From Eledone cirrhosa (taxonomy: Eukaryota), in NCBI GenBank assembly GCA_964016885.1, contig OZ024744.1:70494001-70558000 (forward strand): 64,000 bases of DNA. Direction: 5' to 3'. The notes below the pieces were generated by a model. That model did no database searches. It was not told the DNA's origin and saw nothing but the letters and a program-made list of their open reading frames with translations. The translations under genes were made by a program, and so were the position numbers. This document shows positions 27,556 through 40,010 of this stretch, piece by piece (positions within the stretch are counted from its first letter, which is position 1; every line of letters starts with the position of its first letter).

Positions 27556-28404
27556 GACAACTGAAGAAAAACGAGTGGGAAGTGTAGAATTATATGGACA
27601 CTTAAAAAATAGAGAGACAAAGAGACAGAGGGAGGGCGTGGGAAAGATGAAAGAGAAGACAAGAGCCGGAATTTGAGAGAGGGGGAGGAGATATATAGAT
27701 ACATATATGACATGACAAGTCAGGGGAGGGATGAAATAGAAGGAAGAGCTAAAAGAACGAGGAAGATGGGATGAGATGAGAGGGGAGGAGCAAACGTTAT
27801 GACAGAAACAGAGAGTATGGGATGAAGAGAATAAGAGAGAAAAAGAGAGAGGGAGGCGAAATATGAGGTGACGAGAGTCATATTAGTCATAAGACTGTGT
27901 AGGCTGAAGCCTAGGGGGCCAGTCGCAGGAACTAGGGCCCGTCTTTTTGTTTGTTTGTTTGTTACTCTATTGACAGTCGATTGACAAGATCCGAGACCTC
28001 ATTCGCCTAACAAGTAGGGTGGAGATCGTCAAATCTGACCGAAGAAACAATGTTTCCATTGGTTTTTCCAATTGCTAATACTCGCTATCGGTCGCAAATT
28101 GGGGTAAAAGTAGCAACGTGAAATAAAGTGAAGGCACGTGGCTGAGTGGCTTGAGAATTAGATTCTCAATCGTGAGGTTGTGAGTTTGATTCCTGAACTG
28201 GGCGATGTGCTATGTCCTTGAGCAAGACACTTTATTTCACGTTGCTCCTTTTACCTGGATTTTACTGTATTCATGTGGAATATTATATTGATGTACTAGA
28301 TGGGCCCCAGTATACCTGAAAGGCTTGGGATCTGGCCATGAGTTAATACGACCCAAAACAGAGAAGAAAGAGAGATTGAAGGTGAGATGATGGATAGCTA
28401 TGAT

Positions 28405-28585
28405 AATGGTTTCTTATATAGGCACAAAGCTAGCAATTACCCAGTGTATTACTGGTACTTTATTTTATCGACCCCGTAAGGATGAAAGGCAAAGTTAACC
28501 TCAGCAGCATTTGAACTCAGAATGGCAAGGGCCGTAACTCTATGCGTCAAAGCATGGCGTCCGACCCTCTACCGATACTGTCAAT
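28405..28585 (-). mobile_element. tRNA-derived SINE
   Basis: Full copy of the main SINE family. Confidence 0.8.
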
Positions 28586-29269
28586 CAAAATACTAATAAA
28601 GTGAGAAGTCAAGAAGGCATTACAGTCGCAGAGTAGCTAAAAGATTGGATTGTTGCATCTGAGGCCGAATCAAAATAAGTCTTCTCACTTTAGGTAACAA
28701 CGTCGATGTTCAGTCTAACTAGTTCTTTTGTCACGATAGCAGTTTTTCTTCAGGGCTTTTGTCATTTTATTTTAGATTGAGTAAAATTCTAATATTCAAA
28801 GTTCCGATTGTCATAATATTCGGGTGATTGAAAAATTTCTTGTCATTTCGACCGCGTTTAGGGTGACACACTGAGTGCAGTTACTTAGTCAGGTCTGAAG
28901 TGGCTTGCGATGTTTAGCTCACTGTTTTTAGAGCCTTCCCCATTTGGAGTTGGCAACGGTGTTCCTGTATAGGCATGTCCAGACACAGATGTAGGATCAG
29001 ACTCCCGAATATTCCCAGATTCCAGAAAGGTGATGATCACACATCTGACGCCAAGTGTAACATTGGTGGGATTGGGTCATTTAAAATGCAATCCCAACTC
29101 AGATGGGCTGACTATTTCCTATGGATGACTTAGGACCACACACTCAAGGTACAGTCCAAATTCATAATCGTGCAAATAATATAGGCAGGCAATGACAACA
29201 AAGATAATACGTCATTAATGTGGATATAAGTTGTAACGATGAAAGAATGGTATTTAACTAATGTCTTGG

Positions 29270-29390
29270 TACGCGATGGGGCCCACCCACAGCCCCGGCG
29301 GACAGAATAGAGAAGGCGTTTCCCCGGAGGACGGCAAGGGAGACGCGCTGGAAAAGCCACTCCAACTCGTGGGGCTCACACCTGCGGGCA
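29270..29390 (-). mobile_element. CRE-like RLE C-terminal fragment
   Basis: EWLFQRVSLAVLRGNAFSILSA. Confidence 0.65.
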
Positions 29391-29589
29391 ATTACTGAGA
29401 TATAAAGACAAACTGAAGTACAATTTTAAATCTACGGACATACCTCTTACTTCTTTTTTTGAAGCCCTAGCTGCTGAACATGGAAAATGGAGAACTGTCT
29501 GACATTAAGATATAAAGAACTTTGAAAAATCTCGCCTGGTCTGTCTAATGCCAAGATCCGGTCAGTCCTTCCATCCTGTCATCTGCATT

Positions 29590-30360
29590 AAATGTTGGCT
29601 GGTGTTGATTCAGAACATGTGAGAGCCATTCAGAAGGAAAAGAAGATTCAAGATATGAAAGTAAGAAAGAGAAAACGGGTTAAAGAAGCCAAGAGGTCCG
29701 AGAATGTAGGTCTTGAAAGTTCGTCATCCAGGAAAAGGAAAGGAATAGCTCTTGGTTGTTCCGATTGCAAGAGATGGGACCGGACAACAAATCGCTAAAG
29801 TTGTTTTGAAGGAAATTCAATGATTCAAAATTGAGGATAGAATAATTGGCATGTCCTTCAACACCACTGCCAGTAACACTGACATGAACCAAGGAGCTAA
29901 TACAAAAGTTGAAGCAGCTCTGAAAAAGTCCCTTTTGTGTCTGGCTTGCCTCCATCACATTCTTGAACTGTTTTTTGAAAAAAGTCTTCGAGATATTTTC
30001 CCATCATCTGGTTCCGGTATCCTAGTTTTCAAAAGCTTCCAAGAACGTTGGGACTCCATTGATGAATCTCATTATCAAATTATCTTGGACAATGATGAGT
30101 CTATGGAAGATTTTTTACAAGCAAAAAAAAGGGAGATATCTACTGACTCTACTGCTTTCTGGAGATCATCCCTGAGGAGACTATGCCAAGTTTGTAAAGG
30201 TCTCCCTTCTCTATCTTCGTGATTGGCCATCTCCCCAGTTCTCCTTCTTGATCCACCAGACCCGTTGGATAACTAAGGTCTTACATGTGATCAAGATAGT
30301 TCTGTTCAAAGAACAACTTAAGCTAACACCACGTGAGTGGAGAGATCTAGAAATATTCGT
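29590..30360 (+). mobile_element. degenerate DNA transposase (hAT/hATm-like, tentative)
   Basis: MSFNTTASNT..GA..VE..LLCLACLHHILEL..FKSFQERW, then TRWIT-like motif; frameshifted. Confidence 0.55.
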
Positions 30361-30888
30361 TTCCGATTATAAATTTCATTCATAAAAACTGTTTCACTCT
30401 TTAAACCCCCCCCCCCTCTTCTTTCTGCTTATTTTCATTTCGTTTATCTGTGTATTATCATTTCAACAAGTCCCCCAGGGTACGAAGAGAGCTGTTTCTG
30501 GTAATAAATGTTATCCATAAAAAGTGTTTCTTAATTTAATCCCAGTATTATTTTGTATGTAGAACATATTCCTCCTACTTATTTTCATTTCATTTCCTTC
30601 TGTCGTGTGGTTTCATCATTGAATACAGTCATGTGAACAGAGAGGACCACAAGCCATGAACCAAAAGTTTGTCATAAATAAAAAGATGCGAAAGTGTGCA
30701 ACCCCTAAATATTATTCGATGGACTAAAAACATCAATTTAAACACGAGCGTCATCCACATGAAATGATTGACGAATAGTTTGCAAAACGGAACTGTTTGT
30801 AATTAGCAGAGTATATAAATTGTGTATGAGACACGTGCATTCAAATCAAAACATTTGCAGCCATGGTAATGTTTTCATTTGAATCCAC

Positions 30889-30954
30889 ATGTTTGATGAA
30901 CAGATCACATCGATAAGGAATTCGAGCCAAACATCGGCGAAACATATGTAACGT
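30889..30954 (+). ncRNA. hammerhead-like motif (U3 variant)
   Basis: atgt-TTGATGA-acagat...atcggc-GAAA-catatg-TA-acgt. Confidence 0.45.
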
Positions 30955-31099
30955 TCGATATACACAAAAATAATATTCTAAAGAGATACTTCGTTATCTC
31001 CTACAAGGTATATACATATATATATATATGTGTGTGTGTGTGCGCGCTCGTGTGTGTGTAGAGAGAGAGGGGGGAGAGGGAGAGAGGGAGAGAGGGAGA

Positions 31100-31140
<41 letters not shown>

Positions 31141-31153
31141 ATATGCATAAATA

Positions 31154-31253
<100 letters not shown>

Positions 31254-31254
31254 C

Positions 31255-31580
31255 AATGTCAACTCTGGATGTCGGTGAGCATGTCCAGCCAACCTCAGTC
31301 TCCTCTGTGTCACTTTTGAGCTGACTTTTGGGATGCTCCCATACAGCTCTGAGTTTTTCATCCTCAGTGTATACTGATTGATGTTCAGAGCCATCCTCAG
31401 CATTCTCGTGTAGCATCCATCCACCATGGACACACTAGAAGAGGAAGACCAAGGTTAACGTATGTTGATGCCCTAAGGACAGACACTGGTCTGTTGGAGA
31501 TGCAGGACATGGCAGCGATAATGAGGGACAGAGACCGCTGGAGAGAACTCGTCCATGGATCTCGGGAATTTTACCCGCCT
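31255..31580. mobile_element. RTE LINE 3' end with inverted 5' segment
   Basis: Minus 31255-31433 VDGCYTRMLRMALNI..RRLRLAGH; plus 31435-31560 RGRPRLTYVDAL..DTGL. Confidence 0.7.
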
Positions 31581-31599
31581 TAGATAAATATATATATAT

Positions 31600-32880
31600 A
31601 TATATACAAGTATGTATACGTACATATATGTACGGTTGTATGTATATATATATATACATACATGCACACACATATATATATATATGTACGTATGGATTCT
31701 CCGAACATTTATTATAATGCTCGGTGTGTTTGTAAACAAACATCCCGTATTAAGTCGTAGTGTCCAGCAACCATCGTTGCTCATTTGTTCAACACTGACA
31801 AAGGAACGCTGTACTAGTTTCAAGCTTATTAGCTATCGTCAGCAACGTATACCTTCCTGCCAGATGATTGAACGTCTGAAAGTATATACTTTCCTTATGC
31901 ATATTAACGGCTGAGCAGCCAAATTTGCATATCGAGTGAGTTAATCGGCCGGGTGCACCGAAAACGATAAACGGAAAAAGTGAAACGAAATTTCATTTCT
32001 CACTCTTAGTACGGCTGTTACTTAAATATAAGTATGTATACGTACATTCATATATGTATACAAACGTACAGTAGTATGTATATATATATATACATACATG
32101 CACACATATATATATATGTACGTATGGATTCACCAAACATTTATTATAATGCTCGGTGTGTTTGTAAACAAACATCCCGTATTAAGTCGTAGTGTCCAGC
32201 AACCATCGTTGCTCATTTGTTCAACACTGACAAAGGAACGCTGTACTAGTTTCAAGCTTATTAGCTATCGTCAGCAACGTATACCTTCCTGCCAGATGAT
32301 TGAACGTCTGAAAGTATATACTTTCCTTATGCATATTAACGGCTGAGCAGCCAAATTTGCATATCGAGTGAGTTAATCGGCCGGGTGCACCGAAAACGAT
32401 AAAAGTGAAACGAAATTTCATTTCTCACTCTTAGTACGGCTGTTACTTAAATATAAGTATGTATACGTACATTCATATATGTATACAAACGTACAGTAGT
32501 ATGTATATATATATATACATACATGCACACATATATATATATGTACGTATGGATTCACCAAACATTTATTATAATGCTCGGTGTGTTTGTAAACAAACAT
32601 CCCGAATTAAGCCGTGCAGTGTCTAGCAATCATCGTTGCTCATTTGTTCAACACTGACAAAGGAACGCTGTACTAGTTTCAAGCTTATTAACTATCGTCA
32701 GCAACGTATACCTTCCTGCCAGATGATTGAACGTCTGAAAGTATATACTTCCCTTATGCATATTAACGGCTGAGCAGCCTAATTTGCATATCGAGTCAGT
32801 TAATCGGCTGGGGTACTTATATTTATGTAACAACCGTACTAAGAGTGAGAAATGAAATTTCGTTTCATTTTTTCCGTTTA
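31600..32880 (-). mobile_element. tandem array of ~430-bp hammerhead module (retrozyme-like), ~3 units plus inverted end
   Basis: HHRs at 31807-31847, 32239-32279 and 32666-32706 (spacing 432 and 427); 32820-32880 is an inverted piece of the unit; (TA)n flanks. Confidence 0.85.
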
Positions 32881-32990
<110 letters not shown>

Positions 32991-33209
32991 TTTTTTTCTG
33001 TGTCCTGTATTTTCGTTGCTCTGGTAATGCGGCTGGACTGCCGATCGCTATATCTTATTTGCTAAGCTGTCTGAACGTAATGTTATTACTCTGGGGTTGT
33101 ACCTCATCCGAGTCCTAAAGCTACAGACCGAATATGCATATACGCTAGCTTGGCCGTATACTAAAGCTTCGTCAATGCTGTACTAAAATTTATACATATA
33201 TATATATAC

Positions 33210-33680
33210 AATGATATTAAATAAAAGGAAACTATATTTATAAAACCATATTTATTCTATGATATATATTTCAAGGGTACCAAAAAACTTTGGTACGCTT
33301 TCATCAGATAAAATACAAGGGGTGTTTTATAAATTCTGACATAGCCAAGGATAATCATACCTTATCAGTTGAATATTCCCCGAGAAGTGATAATATAGAA
33401 CGGATTTTTCAAACTTATGGATGAATATGCAAATGGATATGTAAATAATTGAAAAACCGTTATTTTATTATCTTTGTATTTTATCTGATGAAAGCGTACC
33501 AAAGTTTTTTGGTGCCCTTGAAATATATATATAATAGAAAAAATATGGTTTCATAAATATAGTTTCCATTTATTTAATATCATTGACTATTTACTCCAGA
33601 AAAACTGTCGAGTGCCCTGAATCAGTTATAAACATTTATATTTGTTGGATTTCCAACAAATTTAATATCCCTTCTACTTA
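33210..33680. mobile_element. inverted pair of PLE pLTR fragments, each with a hammerhead (33253-33315 -, 33477-33540 +)
   Basis: Same family as 23000-23350. Confidence 0.8.
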
Positions 33681-33698
33681 TATATATATATGTATATA

Positions 33699-34229
33699 CG
33701 TGTCCCAACGACTTTTTTTAGCCGTTGTTCGCACCAACCTGAGGCATATGGCCCTTAAAGCGATGAAATGCCGAGGACGGTTGGAGGGTCACTGATGAAG
33801 GACTCACTTTTTCATATGTATCCCATTTGCAACGCCGCAGCTCCATTATTATCATCATATTTACACATATAATTTTTCCATGCTGCCTTCGTCTGTTTCG
33901 TTCCTTGTATCTTTACCACTTCTAACAGTCTCCCTCTCTGTTACCCTCTCCTCAACTTTCACTCACTCATTCTCTGTCACTACCTCTCCTCCTCCTCTTT
34001 CCTCCTCCTCCTTCAAGTTTGACCTGTGTGTAATTCTTTTCTCGCGCAGTCTTGACCGAGCTGGTATGGAATTTTTTTCTCTCTCTCTTTCGTCTGCGAC
34101 TTCACAAAACTTGCGTTTACCGAATTCGTAGACCAGACCCCCTTATCTTCTTCTTCTTCTTCTTCTTCTTCTTCTTCTTCTTCTTCTTCTTCTTCTTCTT
34201 CTTCTTCTTCTTCTTCTTCTTCTTCTTCT

Positions 34230-34268
<39 letters not shown>

Positions 34269-34592
34269 TCTCTCCTTTTTCTTTCTCTCCCCCCCCCCCC
34301 CCCCGTCAAACTTGGGCGAAATTCTTTCCTTGCTCACATTTCTACCAGGTTCGATGGTCTTTCGTCTCTTGTTCACGATTTCACAGAGTTTATATTCATA
34401 GAGATCTGGGACTTATCTATTTCTACTCACTTTCCGTTGCTTAAACCCTTTTGTTGTTACTCTAGCGTCCCCCTTTATTTACGTGTCCCAACGACTTTTT
34501 TTAGCCGTTGTTCGCACCAACCTGAGGCATATGGCCCTTAAAGCGATGAAATGCCGAGGACGGTTGGAGGGTCACTGATGAAGGACTCACTT

Positions 34593-34600
<8 letters not shown>
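33699..34600. mobile_element. non-coding element with ~118-bp identical direct terminal repeats in (TA)n
   Basis: 33699-33817 = 34482-34600; interior contains (TTC)n. Confidence 0.7.
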
Positions 34601-34636
<36 letters not shown>

Positions 34637-34779
34637 CCACAGTTCAAGAGTAACCAATCTTAAAGAGAGAGATGGAGATAGGAGAGGAGATAGGAGAGGA
34701 GAGATTGGTGAGTTAGTTAGAAGCCAAAGCGTAATAATGTCTTCCTTGTGAAATTTGTGGTTTTGTTTTTCTTAACTAA

Positions 34780-34866
<87 letters not shown>

Positions 34867-35031
34867 TATATATGTTTTTTTTTGCGGTAATTTTCTTCCT
34901 CATTTTTGAATCAGTTTGAGAATTTCTTTAGAACTGCTGGGCTAGCAACCTAACAGCTACCTCAAGCACTGATGGTGATTATCGCTAAATATTGATGTTG
35001 ATTTGACTATCAATATTAATGTTATTGGGCA

Positions 35032-35145
35032 CCCACTGAAGAATTATAAGAGCCCACTTGAATAAGTATCTGTTGATCTTATACAAGCTTCTACATAAAT
35101 TGGTATAATTTCACCCAAATTGTAGAAACGAGACGTCCGTCTGGG
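35032..35145 (+). ncRNA. hammerhead with long loop II
   Basis: ccca-CTGAAGA-attataa...ttgta-GAAA-cgagacgtccg-TC-tggg. Confidence 0.6.
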
Positions 35146-35420
35146 AAGAGATATATTTGATATATCTCATATGAAATAATACAGCCAATTTTCCACACAA
35201 TACAATTAGTTAGCACCCCGAACGTTTAATTAAGAATATACTCACTTATTTCCTAATGTTTGTTGAGTGAGTTGGGATTTGGCCGGAGTATCGCTGTTAG
35301 CTTTCTCCGATAATGTATTTATATATATATAAAGTATTTCCGTAGAAAAGGTAAAGGGAAGAAGAGTGCTCCATGTATAGTACAGAGCTATTTAATTATG
35401 TAATAAACAACATTAAATTA

Positions 35421-35500
35421 AATTTTCCTTCTGATGAACGAATTCGGACGCCTCTGTTTGAGTCGCCTGTCTTCGTGAAACCTTGGGTAATGGAATAATT
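35421..35500 (+). ncRNA. hammerhead, same family as 443-519
   Basis: CTGATGA-acgaa...ttcgt-GAAA-cc/ttg/gg-TA-atggaa. Confidence 0.7.
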
Positions 35501-35633
35501 GTATTGTGTTGTTTAATACATATGTGTGTGTGTGCGCGCGCGTGTGTGTGTGTGTGTGTGTGTATGTGTGTGTGTATGTATGTATGTATATATATATATA
35601 TATTTATATATACATACATATATACACACACAC

Positions 35634-35667
<34 letters not shown>

Positions 35668-35767
35668 ATATATGCATATGTGTGTGTGTATGTGTATGTA
35701 TGTGTATGTATGTATATATAAATATATATATATATATACATACATACATACACACCCACACATACAT

Positions 35768-35813
<46 letters not shown>

Positions 35814-35818
<5 letters not shown>

Positions 35819-37792
35819 AATATAGACATAGAATATTCGAAAATATTCTGTATGTTTATAATAAACATTTTGAAGACCTAATCGCTATAGAATAGAATAC
35901 GTCACGTATTACAATTAGATTCTCGATAAAAGCAAGGGAAGTAATCTACGCGTTTCATTCTTGTTAGAAATCATCAGGACTACATATCCAGTGCTTTTAT
36001 CGAGAATGACACAGCTAGAGACTTATAGAATACTTAGCTGTGTACAGGAACTGGTTTGAAAGAGCGGTTGCCGGTCCGGCAGAAATTAGAAATTGGAATA
36101 AATGCTCTGAAATAGCGATATATATGTGTGAATATAGACATAGAATATTCGAAAATATTCTGTATGTTTATAATAAACATTTTGAAGACCTAATCGCTAT
36201 AGAATAGAATACGTCACGTATTACAATTAGATTCTCGATAAAAGCAAGGGAAGTAATCTACGCGTTTCATTCTTGTTAGAAATCATCAGGACTACATATC
36301 CAGTGCTTTTATCGAGAATGACACAGCTAGAGACTTATAGAATACTTAGCTGTGTACAGGAACTGGTTTGAAAGAGCGGTTGCCGGTCCGGCAGAAATTA
36401 GAAATTGGAATAAATGCTCTGAAATAGCGATATATATGTGAATATAGACATAGAATATTCGAAAATATTCTGTATGTTTATAATAAACATTTTGAAGACC
36501 TAATCGCTATAGAATAGAATACGTCACGTATTACAATTAGATTCTCGATAAAAGCAAGGGAAGTAATCTACGCGTTTCATTCTTGTTAGAAATCATCAGG
36601 ACTACATATCCAGTGCTTTTATCGAGAATGACACAGCTAGAGACTTATAGAATACTTAGCTGTGTACAGGAACTGGTTTGAAAGAGCGGTTGCCGGTCCG
36701 GCAGAAATTAGAAATTGGAATAAATGCTCTGAAATAGCGATATATATGTGAATATAGACATAGAATATTCGAAAATATTCTGTATGTTTATAATAAACAT
36801 TTTGAAGACCTAATCGCTATAGAATAGAATACGTCACGTATTACAATTAGATTCTCGATAAAAGCAAGGGAAGTAATCTACGCGTTTCATTCTTGTTAGA
36901 AATCATCAGGACTACATATCCAGTGCTTTTATCGAGAATGACACAGCTAGAGACTTATAGAATACTTAGCTGTGTACAGGAACTGGTTTGAAAGAGCGGT
37001 TGCCGGTCCGGCAGAAATTAGAAATTGGAATAAATGCTCTGAAATAGCGATATATATGTGAATATAGACATAGAATATTCGAAAATATTCTATATGTTTA
37101 TAATAAACATTTTGAAGACCTAATCGCTATAGAATAGAATACGTCACGTATTACAATTAGATTCTCGATAAAAGCAAGGGAAGTAATCTACGCGTTTCAT
37201 TCTTGTTAGAAATCATCAGGACTACATATCCAGTGCTTTTATCGAGAATGACACAGCTAGAGACTTATAGAATACTTAGCTGTGTACAGGAACTGGTTTG
37301 AAAGAGCGGTTGCCGGTCCGGCAGAAATTAGAAATTGGAATAAATGCTCTGAAATAGCGATATATATGTGAATATAGACATAGAATATTCGAAAATATTC
37401 TGTATGTTTATAATAAACATTTTGAAGACCTAATCGCTATAGAATAGAATACGTCACGTATTACAATTAGATTCTCGATAAAAGCAAGGGAAGTAATCTA
37501 CGCGTTTCATTCTTGTTAGAAATCATCAGGACTACATATCCAGTGCTTTTATCGAGAATGACACAGCTAGAGACTTATAGAATACTTAGCTGTGTACAGG
37601 AACTGGTTTGAAAGAGCGGTTGCCGGTCCGGCAGAAATTAGAAATTGGAATAAATGCTCTGAAATAGCGATATATATGTGAATATAGACATAGAATATTC
37701 GAAAATATTCTGTATGTTTATAATAAACATTTTGAAGACCTAATCGCTATAGAATAGAATACGTCACGTATTACAATTAGATTCTCGATAAA

Positions 37793-37794
<2 letters not shown>
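35814..37794 (-). mobile_element. tandem array of 310-bp hammerhead module (retrozyme-like), 6.4 near-identical units
   Basis: Equivalent unit positions 35821, 36133, 36443, 36753, 37063, 37373, 37683; one HHR per full unit; (TA)n on both sides. Confidence 0.9.
35941..35983 (-). ncRNA. type I hammerhead, first of six (also 36253, 36563, 36873, 37183, 37493)
   Basis: gtagtc-CTGATGA-tttct/aaca/agaat-GAAA-cgcg-TA-gattac, enclosed by the 16-bp stem attctcgataaaagca/tgcttttatcgagaat. Confidence 0.85.
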
Positions 37795-37847
<53 letters not shown>

Positions 37848-37860
37848 CATACATACACAT

Positions 37861-37913
<53 letters not shown>

Positions 37914-37919
37914 TATATA

Positions 37920-38178
37920 TATAATTCAGTTTGTGTACGGAACTTATTCCATTACTCATAATTTGAATTTGACCGCCATAAATCGGGTGTTAGCTCCCTT
38001 TGGAGAAACATGTGCTCTCACAACCGGACTGGCGTCAGAACGGGAGCCTGTTGAGAAAGTAAATCCTCTGTTCGATCTTCCAGAACCTTAACTTGCATAC
38101 ACCGTAGGCGGATTTTGTAGATTTCGGATTTACAGAAACCTAACTGAGATATTGTAAAATGTCGAAGTGATGGTCCAG
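37920..38178. repeat. ~260-bp dispersed module, duplicated at 41461-41720
   Basis: Near-identical copies, each preceded by a similar compound microsatellite. Confidence 0.8.
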
Positions 38179-38210
38179 GTTTGTTATATATATATATATA
38201 TACGGTTTGT

Positions 38211-38437
<227 letters not shown>

Positions 38438-39104
38438 GTATGTATATATATATGTATATATATATATGTGTATGTATGTATGTATTTTTTCTCGCTAGTC
38501 AGTTCTTTCGTTGCTACGGTCCCCGTGGCTGAATTACCGGTCGCTATCTTCAATTTGCAAAGCCCTATAAACTGTATGTTATTACTCTGAGGTTTTATAC
38601 GTTGTCGAGTGCTTGGCTGCACTTCTGAATGCATTCGCAGGCTTAGCTGCGGCTCGACTTCGAATATGCTGTACTTCCATTTGTATTATATATATATATA
38701 TATAAGGTTAATAAATGAAACAAACAAAACACAGGAGGCAATTTTTATACAGTTATATTCGGTTTACGCCTGGTGGAAAAAGCATTTTATTTTTTTAACG
38801 TTTCTACAAGAATGAGTGCGAAAAACACAAGAGAAGAAACAAAATAGAAATTGATCAATATTTTCCTCAAGCTCCGTAAATATGTATCTTTTATACCATC
38901 TGACAACCAAAGCTCAAGAAGAAGGGGCAAAGTTGAGTTGCTGACGCTTTAAAACCAGTTACTCCGGATCGACAGAACTCAAATGAGAAAAATCTATGTA
39001 GAATTATGAACTATTCTAGAAAAAGAAAGACGAATTTTCTGTGGGCAGCAAATAATAATTTCTTGTCGATGATTCAAAAGTGGTTTATAAAACATTATTA
39101 TTTC

Positions 39105-40010
39105 TAGGGCGGTAGATTGGCAGTATCGGTAGAGAGTCGGACACAATGCTTTCCAGCATAGTTATGTCCCTTTACGGCCTGAGTTCAAATCCCGCCGAGG
39201 TTAACTTTGCCTTTCATCCTTACGGGGTCGATAAAATAAAGTACCAGTAATGTACTGGAATAATTGCTGGCCTTGTGCCAAAAATAGAAACAATTATTAT
39301 TTCCAGAGCTTCGATCGAAAAGAGATTACATGCAGAACAACTCACTTTGTAAGTTGCAAGTGTAAGTTGTATTCTATGGTGGAATTATGTAAGGCCCAAA
39401 TAAATTCTACAATTCTACAAATGAAGTAGTAGTTTTCTTATTTCCATTTCTAAAAAATGCAAATATAAATAGTACATTTAAAATAGTACAAATATAAATA
39501 ATTGTTTCTACTTTTGGCACAAGGCCAGCAATTACCCAGTGTATTACTGGTACTTTATTTTATCGACCCCGTAAGGATGAAAGGCAAAGTCAACCTCGGC
39601 GGGATTTGAACTCAGAATGGCAAGGGCCGTAACTCTATGCGTCAAAGCATGGCGTCCGACCCTCTACCGATACTGCCAATCCACTGCCCGATATAAATAA
39701 TACACTTAAAATAGTTAAATGCATTGGCTATATGAAAGGTTTTGTTATTTGCTGTGATAACTGTATATTTATTCATTATAATCCCCTTATTTGTAGATAT
39801 CATTGGGATTGGCTGTATCAGACACCCTGCTTTGTGTCATAGAGTTGCGGCCCTTTACGTTCTGAGTTCAAACACCGCTGAAGTTAGCTTTGCTGTTCAT
39901 CCTTACGGGGTCGATAAAACAAAGTACCAGTCACGCACTAGGGTCGATTTAATCGACTTTTCCCTCCCCGAAAAATTGCCGACCTTGTGCCTAAATCAGA
40001 AACCATTATT
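39105..40010. mobile_element. three tRNA-SINE copies (39105-39300 +, 39495-39690 -, 39800-40010 +)
   Basis: A-box-like tggcagtatcggt, B-box gagttcaaatcc, central gcctttcatccttacggggtcgataaa (resembles the Meta/MESC SINE domain, from memory). Confidence 0.8.

Noticed and set aside
26268-27713. 481-aa Leu/Pro/His-rich ORF
   Set aside because: Read-through of the minisatellite and (GGA)n; no domain or splice evidence
28930-29135. Possible exon after ttttag
   Set aside because: Translation ends in QLRWA..M, matching a decayed RTE LINE C-terminus
31861-31895. Opposite-strand hammerhead (CAGATGA...GAAAgtatatacTT) that would make the 430-bp unit ambisense, viroid-like
   Set aside because: U4 replaced, no stem I or II, and not conserved in the 55990 copy
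35868-35915. Plus-strand TTGAAGA...GAA motif in the 310-bp unit
   Set aside because: Lacks GAAA and a closing stem I
35814-37794. CRISPR-like array or plain satellite
   Set aside because: No unique spacers and eukaryotic context; the embedded hammerhead explains it better
39105-39200. tRNA gene
   Set aside because: Only A/B boxes of the SINE head; no cloverleaf
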